Part shown: positions 1 to 7,415 of the stretch, in pieces
Position numbering within the stretch: the stretch's first letter is position 1
Layout: each line of letters starts with the position of its first letter
Source of the DNA: Bacillota bacterium
GTDB lineage: Bacteria; Bacillota; Sulfobacillia; JAJZYS01; JAJZLH01
DNA: 64,000 nucleotides
Reading direction: 5' to 3'
Assembly (NCBI GenBank): GCA_021827745.1
Contig: JAKAUI010000035.1
Coordinates: forward strand, 1,953-65,952
The notes under the pieces: generated by a model
The model's input: the letters and a program-made list of their open reading frames with translations, nothing else
Databases searched by the model: none
Told to the model about the DNA's origin: nothing
Position numbers and translations under genes: made by a program

Positions 1-645
1 CGAAAAGGCCGGCAGGACGCCGGTCAGCCAGGGCCCGGGCCGGGTGACGACCAGGGTGGCCCAGTGCACATGGGGCAGCCAGAAGACGAGCGCCACCACG
101 GTCAGTGCACCGAACAGGTAGGCAAAGACGGTCTGGACCCGGGCAATGGCGCGGTGTCCGAGGAAGGCGACCGAAAAGGCGAGCAGCGTCACCACGAGCA
201 GCGAGCCGATGATCGAGCCGCTGCTGTCTGGGATGCCAAAGGCGGCCTGCACCGCCGCCTGAAGGGCGTAGGTGGCGATCACGAGCACGACCGTTTCCCA
301 GCCGACCAGATTGAGCCAGGAGAGAAGGCTGGGCAGCATGTTGCCAAGCTCGCCGAAGGAAGAGGCGGAAAGCACCATGGTCGGCCGCCCGGTGCGGCAG
401 CCGGGAATCGAGAAGTAGCCGACCAGCAGGTAGGAGGAAAGCCCGCTGAGCGCGATCAGGCTCTGCCACCAGGCGAGTCCGTAGCTGGCGATCACAGCGC
501 CGACTACCAAGGACGTGATCGCCAGGTTGGCCGCGAACCAGATCCAAAACACCTCGCTCAGGCTGCCCCGGCGGGCGTCTTCGGGCACCGGGTCGCGCCC
601 ATAGTGCTCGACGGTGAAGGGGCCGGGCCGCTTCAGTTCGGTCAT
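1..645 (-). CDS. NCS1/purine-cytosine-type permease, CytX-like (putative thiamine-precursor/HMP transporter). Only the 5' part is present; the gene runs off the window start.
   Basis: My own minus-strand translation from ATG 645 (absent from the ORF track because it has no stop in the window): MTELKRPGPFTVEHYGRDPVPEDARRGSLSEVFWIWFAANLAITSLVVGAVIASYGLAWWQSL... It is multi-TM. ATGA overlap with the tenA stop (645-642). Last gene of the TPP-riboswitch operon. Confidence 0.65.
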   Translation of the reverse strand, partial: MTELKRPGPFTVEHYGRDPVPEDARRGSLSEVFWIWFAANLAITSLVVGAVIASYGLAWWQSLIALSGLSSYLLVGYFSIPGCRTGRPTMVLSASSFGELGNMLPSLLSWLNLVGWETVVLVIATYALQAAVQAAFGIPDSSGSIIGSLLVVTLLAFSVAFLGHRAIARVQTVFAYLFGALTVVALVFWLPHVHWATLVVTRPGPWLTGVLPAFS

Positions 646-1313
646 GACTGGCCCCCGCTGGCGTACGCCTGGTCCCAAAAGGCCCGCTCGTGGCCTACGC
701 CCTCGGCGAAGATCCGCAAGAAGGCCTGCTGGCGCCCTGGCTCGGCAGCTGCCAAGGCGTCTGCCAGGGCGATCTGGCTTGCCACCGCCGCACCGAACTC
801 GTCTCCGGCATAGGTCTCGATCCATCGCTGGTACAGCGGGTTGGGAGACGGCGGCTGTGCGGCGAGCGTCAGGCCGACCTCGCGGTACACCCAAAAGCAG
901 GGGAGCAGGGCGATGACCAGATCGGCGTAGTCGCCCCCTTGGGCGTGAGCGAACAGAAAATCCAGATAGGCCTGAGTTGTGGGTCCGCGCTCGGCCGAGG
1001 TGAGGCGCGCCCCGTCGCGGCCAAGGGCGGTGGCCAGAGTCTCGTGCAGATCCGATTCGACGGCGAACACACCTTGGGCGTGCGACAAGAAGAGCTTGAT
1101 CTGATCCCGGCTGGGGGCCTTGGCGGCAGCCGTGGCGAGCAGTCGGGCGAAGTCCTCCAGGTAGAGGGCGTCTTGCTCGAGGAAGTAGGCAAAGCGCGCA
1201 GGCGAAAGGCCGCCGTCGGCCAGCTCGGTCAAAAACGGATGGTGGACAATGGTCGGCCACATCGGCTCAATGCTGGACCAAAGCGTTTGGTGGAAAGGCT
1301 GCGCTGATGCCAT
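642..1313 (-). CDS. tenA: TenA-family thiaminase II / aminopyrimidine aminohydrolase
   Basis: ORF 642..1529 trimmed to ATG 1313 (MASAQPFHQTLWSSIEPMW...). TenA-like motifs: HPFLTELADGGL, FLEQDALYLEDF, LLPCFWVYREVG. Its start shares base 1313 with the thiD stop (TGATG). Confidence 0.85.
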   Translation of the reverse strand: MASAQPFHQTLWSSIEPMWPTIVHHPFLTELADGGLSPARFAYFLEQDALYLEDFARLLATAAAKAPSRDQIKLFLSHAQGVFAVESDLHETLATALGRDGARLTSAERGPTTQAYLDFLFAHAQGGDYADLVIALLPCFWVYREVGLTLAAQPPSPNPLYQRWIETYAGDEFGAAVASQIALADALAAAEPGRQQAFLRIFAEGVGHERAFWDQAYASGGQS

Positions 1314-2140
1314 CAGAACAACGGCTCCTGTCCCAGCTGGTGCCCCAGGGGACCTTGGCCGGCGCCGAACCCGGGGGCGTGGCGGATGGCCGCCTGTACG
1401 TAGCGGATGGCGCGGTCGGCCGCCGCCATAAGATCGAGACCCTGACCGAGGCCAGTGGCCAGTGCGGCCGAGAGCGTGCAGCCGGTGCCATGGGTGTGCA
1501 CGCTGTCGATGCGGGGACCGCTGAACCAAGTCAGGCGCTCACCGTCCCACAGCACGTCGTCGACGGTGGGCCCGTGGCCGTGGCCGCCCTTGACCAGCGC
1601 TGCCTTCGCACCCATGGCGACCAGGTCTTTGGCGGCCTGCACCTGGTCATCTTGGCTCTCAACGCGGCGGCCAGTCAGGACGGACGCCTCCGCCAGATTG
1701 GGCGTCACCACCCAGGCCAGCGGCAGGACCAGGTCGCGCAGGGCGGCCTCGGCGTCCGGCTCGAGCAGGCGGGCTCCGCCCTTGGCCACCATCACCGGAT
1801 CGACGACCAGCGGCAGCTCTGGCACCTCGTGCAGCTCTTTCGCCACCGCCAGCACGACGGATCGATCGGCCAGCATCCCGGTCTTGGCGCTGTCGGGGGA
1901 AAGGTCGGACAGCACCGCTTGAATCTGGGCCCGGACAGCCGTTGCACTGAGCGGCCACACGCCTGACACGCCGATGGTGTTCTGGGCGGTGATGGCCGTG
2001 AGCGCGGTCAAAGAGAAACCGCCCAGCCGCTCGATCGTCTTGATGTCAGCCTGAATGCCCGCCCCGCCGCCGGAGTCGCTGCCGGCGATGGTCAGAACGC
2101 GCACCGGGCGCTCTCGCCAAGATGCTGCTGTCAGGTCCAT
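1313..2140 (-). CDS. thiD: Hydroxymethylpyrimidine/phosphomethylpyrimidine kinase
   Basis: ORF 1313..2155. Motifs: VLTIAGSDSGGGAGIQADIKT, VVDPVMVAKGG, HTHGTGCTLSAA. ATG 2140 lies 8 nt after GGTGGAGG and is preferred over GTG 2155. Confidence 0.9.
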   Translation of the reverse strand: MDLTAASWRERPVRVLTIAGSDSGGGAGIQADIKTIERLGGFSLTALTAITAQNTIGVSGVWPLSATAVRAQIQAVLSDLSPDSAKTGMLADRSVVLAVAKELHEVPELPLVVDPVMVAKGGARLLEPDAEAALRDLVLPLAWVVTPNLAEASVLTGRRVESQDDQVQAAKDLVAMGAKAALVKGGHGHGPTVDDVLWDGERLTWFSGPRIDSVHTHGTGCTLSAALATGLGQGLDLMAAADRAIRYVQAAIRHAPGFGAGQGPLGHQLGQEPLF

Positions 2141-2160
2141 GGCGACTGCCTCCACCCATC

Positions 2161-2189
2161 AAAAAAGCCGCTGCCTGGCGGGCAGCGGC
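2161..2189 (-). terminator. Intrinsic terminator acting as the expression platform of the TPP riboswitch
   Basis: Minus strand: GCCGCUGCC-CGCCA-GGCAGCGGC (9-bp stem) followed by UUUUUU (plus-strand A-run 2161-2166). It sits between the aptamer and the thiD start. Confidence 0.75.
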
Positions 2190-2218
2190 GGCATGGCGGA
2201 GGACCCTTCGGTCTGCTC

Positions 2219-2304
2219 CCGCTTCCCTCCGCTGGCATAACCCAGGTCAGGTTCCAAGGGTCGACCGAATGGTCTCTCAGCCTCGGCAGAGGCTCCCCTA
2301 GCGG
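2219..2304 (-). promoter_or_regulatory. TPP (THI-box) riboswitch aptamer
   Basis: Minus strand reads CCGCUAGGGGAGCC...GGCUGAGAGACC...GAACCUGACCUGGGUUAUGCCAGCGGAGGGAAGCGG. This matches the conserved CUGAGA and ACCUGAUCUGGAUAAUGCCAGCG cores, with P1 pairing CCGC/GCGG. Confidence 0.9.
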
Positions 2305-2364
2305 CGTGTCATCGTCATGGTGGACCCGATACGCATCCTTGTCAACGCCGCAAGAACCGAGCCC

Positions 2365-3399
2365 TCAGCGGTGGGCCCCGAGCAGCTGGCCGCCGTTGGC
2401 CGTGCGGGTCACGACGGCGTCAGAGAAGCCGGCGGCCGTGGCCAGGTCTGCCAGCTCTTGGTCTGTGAAGAAGTGGGCGCGGCTGGCCATTGGCTCCGGT
2501 GCCGCTGGCGTGCCGCGCAGCTCGGGCGGGATGGTGAAGACGGCAAGTCTGCCGCGAGGCCGCAAGACGCGCCGGCACTCCTGTAGCGCGCACATGGGCT
2601 CTGGCAGGAGGAAGAAGACGGTCGCCATCGCCACCGCAGTCACCCACAGCGCCGGCAAGGGCAGGGCCTCGGCCGACCCGGGGATCAGCACCAGCCGGCC
2701 CTCGCCGACGGCCTTCAGATTCTGCTGGTGGCTGAGGCGAATCATCTCCGGGCTGTGATCCACGCCGATGGCCGTGCAGCCGGTCGTGAGAGCGGCATGC
2801 AGCAAGGCACCGCCGCCGCATCCGACCTCTAAGAGTCGGTCGGTCGGGGAGAGCGCCAGAAGGTCCAAGATCGCCTCAAATCCCGGCCAGTGTGCCTGTG
2901 GGTTTTTGTAGGTGCGCCGGGCTCGCCCGCCCTGGGGCCGGCGGGCCAGGCGGTCGGTCAGCCAGTCGCCCACCGCCTCGGCGGTGGCGGCGCGACTGAT
3001 CGGGGCCAACACCTGGTCAACAGCCCATCCCAAGAGGTCGCCTGCCTCTTGGCCCAGCTCAGAGCCGACCATCTGATCCCAGCCCGTGGCCTCGAGCAGG
3101 ATCCGGCTGCCGCCTTGGCGGTCGGGTCGGACCGAGATCAAGACCTCGGAGGTGGTCTCGCCCGCCCAGCCGACTGGCCGCGAGAGCCGTCTGATCTGGT
3201 AGCGCTCGCTGTCGATCGTCACTTCGGCCAAAGATGGCGAGCCTGGCTGCGGCTTGTGAATCGGACCGCTGCGGCCAGGCCAGATGGCGCCGTGGACAGC
3301 GTCGGACAGGGCAAGCTCCTCTCTGAGCTGGTGCCACGCCACCGCGGGCGAAGCGGTCGAGCGCACCTCGACCTTCACCGTTGAACCGCGCCGTGCCAT
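2365..3399 (-). CDS. Two-domain protein: N-terminal SRPBCC/START-like domain plus C-terminal class I SAM-dependent methyltransferase
   Basis: ORF 2365..3507 trimmed to ATG 3399 (MARRGSTVKVEVRS...), preceded by GAGGGGGG. SAM motif I is LLEVGCGGGALL, followed by VLRPRGRLAV. Confidence 0.75.
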   Translation of the reverse strand: MARRGSTVKVEVRSTASPAVAWHQLREELALSDAVHGAIWPGRSGPIHKPQPGSPSLAEVTIDSERYQIRRLSRPVGWAGETTSEVLISVRPDRQGGSRILLEATGWDQMVGSELGQEAGDLLGWAVDQVLAPISRAATAEAVGDWLTDRLARRPQGGRARRTYKNPQAHWPGFEAILDLLALSPTDRLLEVGCGGGALLHAALTTGCTAIGVDHSPEMIRLSHQQNLKAVGEGRLVLIPGSAEALPLPALWVTAVAMATVFFLLPEPMCALQECRRVLRPRGRLAVFTIPPELRGTPAAPEPMASRAHFFTDQELADLATAAGFSDAVVTRTANGGQLLGAHR

Positions 3400-3500
3400 C
3401 GCTCTACCCCCCTCTGCCTGGTGATGATTAGCCGCCATTGAAACGGGACTCCTGCACGGACGCCCTGTCGGGAAGAGGAGATTGAGCTCGGATGTCGCAC

Positions 3501-3538
3501 TTGTCATCTATATAGGACAAACGTAAAGAAAAGATGAC
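3501..3538. promoter_or_regulatory. AT-rich divergent promoter/operator region with nested inverted repeats
   Basis: TTGTC(3501-05)/GACAA(3516-20) flank ATCTATATAG. GTCATC(3503-08)/GATGAC(3533-38). It is the only AT-rich patch between the methyltransferase gene and the HTH regulator gene. Confidence 0.35.
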
Positions 3539-3559
3539 GACAGTGCGCCAGAGAGCGAG

Positions 3560-4609
3560 GTGGCGAGGGTGAACAGGGTCAGAGAGCTCCGCCTGCAGCG
3601 GGCGCTCGGTCAGGCGGAACTGGGGCGGAGAGCCGGCATCAGCCGCCAGTCGGTGAACGCCATCGAGCGGGAGCGGGCGCAGGCCAGTGTGCAGACCGCG
3701 CTCGGCCTGGCTCGGGCGCTTGACGTGTCGGTCGAGGACCTCTTCGGATTCACGGCCGGAGCGCAGGCGCGCTGGCTGGACGACGAGATTTCCCCAGCCG
3801 TCGGCATGCGGGTGGCGGTCGAGCGCTGGGATCAGACCGCGGTGGCGAGGCCGCTCGCCGCCTGCCCGCCCGACAGCTTCCCGGCAGCCCACGGCGCCGT
3901 GCGCCGGGTGACCGGTGATCAGGTTCAGGTGGAGATCTGGCAGGCGCGCCCGGCACTCTTCTTATATGGCTGCGACCCGGCGCTGGGGCTGTTGGCCTCG
4001 CATGTGAACCGCAACGGCAGCGAGGGCTGGTGGTGGAATGCCACAAACGCCCGGGCCCTCGCTCTCTTGAAGGCAGAGCGGGCGCGCGTGGTGGCGCTGC
4101 ACCACGGGGTCTTGGAGGCGCGGGCGGTGGACCGCAGCTGCCTGCGTATCCGGCTGGTCGGATGGGAGAGCGGCTGGCTGGTGGCAAAGGGCAATCCCAA
4201 GCGCATCTCTGGCGCCGACGATCTCGCCCGCCCAGAGCTCACGGTGGCGGTGCGGGAGGAGGGGGCCGAGAGCCGCCGGCTCTTCGAGCAGCAGATGGCG
4301 CAGGCCGATCTCGGCTGGGCAGACCTGGGCGGCCGAGCGATCGTCGGGCGCAGCCAACTGGCTGTGGCGCGGCTGGTCGCTCAGGGTCAGGCGGACATGG
4401 CCATTGGTCACGCCGGTGCGGCCGTGGCGTGGGCTTGTGACCTGGTGCCAATTCGCCAGGAGGTGACCGACCTGCTGATTCCGCAGAAGGTGGCCGATCA
4501 GCCCGAGCTGGCGGCCCTCTTGACCACCATGACCAGTCACCGCTTCCGACGCGACCTGGCCAGTTCCGGCCCCTACGACACGGCGCGGACCGGTGATCAA
4601 GTTGGCTAG
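3560..4609 (+). CDS. XRE-type HTH regulator fused to a PBP-like (periplasmic-binding-fold) sensor domain; likely oxyanion (Mo/W) responsive
   Basis: N-terminus VRELRLQRALGQAELGRRAGISRQSVNAIERE, then about 270 aa of PBP_like-type domain. GTG start. Overlaps the start of the WtpA-like gene by 17 nt. Confidence 0.7.
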   Translation: MARVNRVRELRLQRALGQAELGRRAGISRQSVNAIERERAQASVQTALGLARALDVSVEDLFGFTAGAQARWLDDEISPAVGMRVAVERWDQTAVARPLAACPPDSFPAAHGAVRRVTGDQVQVEIWQARPALFLYGCDPALGLLASHVNRNGSEGWWWNATNARALALLKAERARVVALHHGVLEARAVDRSCLRIRLVGWESGWLVAKGNPKRISGADDLARPELTVAVREEGAESRRLFEQQMAQADLGWADLGGRAIVGRSQLAVARLVAQGQADMAIGHAGAAVAWACDLVPIRQEVTDLLIPQKVADQPELAALLTTMTSHRFRRDLASSGPYDTARTGDQVG

Positions 4610-5492
4610 CGGGCGCTGGCGCTGGCTGGCGATCGGAGTCTTGGCCGTCACGGCGACCGGCTGCGGGGCTGCAAAGACGACGGCGACCGTGACCCATTCG
4701 CCCGTCGTGGTGCTCTATGCCGGGTCCCTGGTCCAACTGGTGACCCAGTCCATCGGGCCGGCGTACGACCGCTCGAGCGGAGATAAGCTGCAAGGCTACC
4801 CAGGTGGCTCGGTGGCCCTGGCCAATGAAATCAAGGGCAAGCTGATTCAAGCCGACGTGTTCATCAGTGCCGAGCCATCGGTCAACCAGAGCCTGATGGG
4901 AAGCGCAAACGGGAACTGGGTGGCCTGGTATGCCACCTTCGCCAAGGCCCCGCTGGTCATCGGCTACAACCCGAACAGCCGCTTCGCTCCGCTGTTCAAG
5001 ACCGAGCCTTGGTATCAGGTGCTAACGACGCCCGGATTTCTGTTGGGACGGACCGACCCGACCCTCGACCCGAAGGGCGTGCTGACCATCCAGGTGGTGC
5101 AGAAGGAGGCCCTGCTGCTGCACCGACCTGGCCTGGTCAGCCAGATGCTCGGCCCGGCCGAGAACCCGGCCCAGATCTTTCCGGAGCAAGAGCTGGTCGG
5201 CCGCCTTTTGGCCGGTCAGCTGGACGGTGGCTTCTTCTATCAGAACGAGGCGATCCAGGCCAAGATCCCCTACATCACGCTGCCGGCAAGCATCGACCTC
5301 TCCGCTCTCTACACCGTCACCGTGGTCCGATCGGCTCCCCACCCGGCGGCGGCGGCGGCGCTGATCGACTTTCTGTATAGCGCCCAGGGTCGCTCCCTGA
5401 TGGAACAGAGCGGCCTCAGCCCGCTTGCGCCGACCCTGACCGGGCAGAAGGCGGCGGTGCCGGCGAGCCTCAGCCACCTGTTCAGCCACTGA
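4593..5492 (+). CDS. wtpA: WtpA/ModA-type tungstate/molybdate ABC substrate-binding lipoprotein
   Basis: Signal peptide plus Cys (LAVTATGCG). VVLYAGSL, ADVFISAEP, NWVAWYATFAKAPLVIGYN, GRTDPTLDPKG and FFYQNEA parallel the archaeal WtpA pattern (FHAGSL...ADV..TAD...NW..FA.N..V..Y...DP.GY). Confidence 0.75.
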   Translation: MIKLASGRWRWLAIGVLAVTATGCGAAKTTATVTHSPVVVLYAGSLVQLVTQSIGPAYDRSSGDKLQGYPGGSVALANEIKGKLIQADVFISAEPSVNQSLMGSANGNWVAWYATFAKAPLVIGYNPNSRFAPLFKTEPWYQVLTTPGFLLGRTDPTLDPKGVLTIQVVQKEALLLHRPGLVSQMLGPAENPAQIFPEQELVGRLLAGQLDGGFFYQNEAIQAKIPYITLPASIDLSALYTVTVVRSAPHPAAAAALIDFLYSAQGRSLMEQSGLSPLAPTLTGQKAAVPASLSHLFSH

Positions 5493-5497
5493 GCACA

Positions 5498-7279
5498 ATG
5501 CGCTCCCCTCTCGTCATTCGCATCCTGGGCGGGGTGCTCGCGCTCTATCTGGCGCTGCCGCTCGTCGTGCTGGTGGCGCACCTGGGACCCGGGACGTGGC
5601 GGGCAATCGGCGAGGGCCCGACGCTCGCTGCCATGGCGACCTCAGTCGAGGCGGCCACGGTATCCACCTTGATCATGGCCCTGGGCGGGATCCCGCTCGG
5701 CTACGCCCTCGCCCGCTCGGACAGCCGTGGCACCCGCCTGCTCGGACTGCTCGTCCAGCTGCCGCTGGCCCTGCCCCCGCTGGTGGCCGGCATCCTGCTT
5801 CTCTTGCTGGTGGGGCCCTACACCCTGATCGGGGCCCTGACCTCAGGCGCCCTCAGTCAGACCTTCCTCGGCATCGTCCTGGCTCAGACCTTCGTCGCCT
5901 CGCCCTTCGTCATCGTCAGCGCCCGCAGCGCCTTCCAGGCCATCGACCCAGACCTGACCGCCGTCGCCGCCACCTTGGGTGAGCGGCCGCTCGGACAGCT
6001 ATGGCGCGTGGCGCTGCCGCTGGCCTGGCCCGGGATCCTGGCCGGTCTGGCCCTGGGCTGGGTGCGCGCCTTCGGCGAGTTTGGAGCGACCGTGATGCTG
6101 GCCTTTCATCCCTATTCGCTGCCCGTTGCCACCTACGTCGCCTTCGGCAGCAGCGGCCTGCCCGCCACCTTCGCCCCGGTCATGCTGGCGGCGGTGACCG
6201 GGCTTGGCTTTCTGATCCTGATCGGCCTCCTGCCCAGGCGCTGGCGCCGTTCCCAAAAGACGACCGGGGTGGTGGCTCCCGCCGCGCCGGTGCGGCCGGC
6301 GGCCGAGGACCTCAGCTTCTCGCTGCGCCGGACGCTCCAGGACTTCTCGCTGGATGTGGCCTGGCCCGGCGGTGCCCGCCAGGTTGCGATCCTCGGTCCG
6401 TCCGGCGCCGGCAAGTCGATGACCCTGCGCCTTCTGGCCGGAGTGGACCATGGGCAGGGCGAGATCAGGTATGGGGCAGATCGGATTGACCAGCTGCCGG
6501 CAGAGCGGCGGAGCATCGGCTACGTGCCGCAGCAGGGAGGCATCTTTCCGCACCTGACCGTAGCCGACCAGGCCACCTTTGCCCGAGACAGCGATCCGGC
6601 CCAGGCCGCCTTCTGGCTGAGGGAGATGGGACTGGAAGGGCGCCTTCGGGCCTACGGGGACGAGCTCTCGGGAGGCGAGCGCCAGCGCCTGGCGCTGGTG
6701 CGGGCGCTGGCCCGCAGCCCCCGCCTGCTCCTGCTGGACGAGCCCCTGTCTGCCCTGGACCAGCCGCTGCGCCGGGACCTGCGGCGCCAGATCGCCCGCC
6801 TCGCCTCTCTGACCGGGCTGGCCATGGTGGTGGTCACGCATGATCCGGAGGAGGCCTGGGCGCTCGCCACCTCCGTGCTGGTGCTCCGCCGAGGTCGCGT
6901 GGCCCAGGCGGGCAGCCGCGAGGAAGTCTTCCGGAGACCGGCATCGCCGGAGGTGGCTCGCCTGGTCGGCTTCACCGACATCAACTCCGGCACGATCGAC
7001 GCGAAGGGCCGGCTGACGGTGGCCGGGGTGCCGCTCGTCGTCCCGGACGCCGTAGAGAAGGGAGCGGTGCGCTGGGCCCTGGCACCGGGCGGGGCGCAGA
7101 TCGATCCGAAAGGGCCGCTTCGGGCGCAGGTCGTGGAGCGGATCAGCCGCCCCGATGGCACAGAATTCGCCGTGGACGCCATGGGTGCCAGGCTGACGCT
7201 CCAGGGGCAGCATCGGGCGAGTCCAGGAGAGTGGGTCCAGTTTTCGATCAATCCAGAGGCGATCGTGCTCTGGGCCTAA
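5498..7279 (+). CDS. Fused ABC permease (ModB/WtpB-like) + ATPase (ModC/WtpC-like) + C-terminal TOBE-like domain
   Basis: 593 aa. N-terminal about 250 aa is multi-TM. Walker A GPSGAGKSM, signature LSGGERQRLAL, Walker B LLLLDEP, then a beta-rich tail. Confidence 0.85.
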   Translation: MRSPLVIRILGGVLALYLALPLVVLVAHLGPGTWRAIGEGPTLAAMATSVEAATVSTLIMALGGIPLGYALARSDSRGTRLLGLLVQLPLALPPLVAGILLLLLVGPYTLIGALTSGALSQTFLGIVLAQTFVASPFVIVSARSAFQAIDPDLTAVAATLGERPLGQLWRVALPLAWPGILAGLALGWVRAFGEFGATVMLAFHPYSLPVATYVAFGSSGLPATFAPVMLAAVTGLGFLILIGLLPRRWRRSQKTTGVVAPAAPVRPAAEDLSFSLRRTLQDFSLDVAWPGGARQVAILGPSGAGKSMTLRLLAGVDHGQGEIRYGADRIDQLPAERRSIGYVPQQGGIFPHLTVADQATFARDSDPAQAAFWLREMGLEGRLRAYGDELSGGERQRLALVRALARSPRLLLLDEPLSALDQPLRRDLRRQIARLASLTGLAMVVVTHDPEEAWALATSVLVLRRGRVAQAGSREEVFRRPASPEVARLVGFTDINSGTIDAKGRLTVAGVPLVVPDAVEKGAVRWALAPGGAQIDPKGPLRAQVVERISRPDGTEFAVDAMGARLTLQGQHRASPGEWVQFSINPEAIVLWA

Positions 7280-7352
7280 GCCACCGTGCGGGTGTGCTAC
7301 ACTGACTCGGCGGCTTGGCCGCTTTTCAACCACAGCGTTGTCTTGATCAATG

Positions 7353-7398
7353 CCGAGACGTGCCGTAGGAGCCCGCCCGGGCTCCTCCCCTGTCTCGG
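7353..7398 (+). promoter_or_regulatory. Stable nested stem-loop in the aceE 5' leader (function unknown), downstream of a candidate extended -10 (TGcTACACT, 7295-7303)
   Basis: Outer arms CCGAGAC(7353-59)/GTCTCGG(7392-98). Inner arms AGGAGCCCG(7367-75)/CGGGCTCCT(7378-86). It ends 2 nt before the GGAAGGGG RBS. Confidence 0.3.
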
Positions 7399-7415
7399 TC
7401 GGAAGGGGCGCCAGC

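Noticed and set aside
64-813. 249-aa plus-strand ORF at the window start
   Set aside because: The opposite strand encodes a coherent multi-TM permease N-terminus and the tenA 3' end, with ATGA coupling. The plus-strand product is H/G/R/P-rich nonsense.
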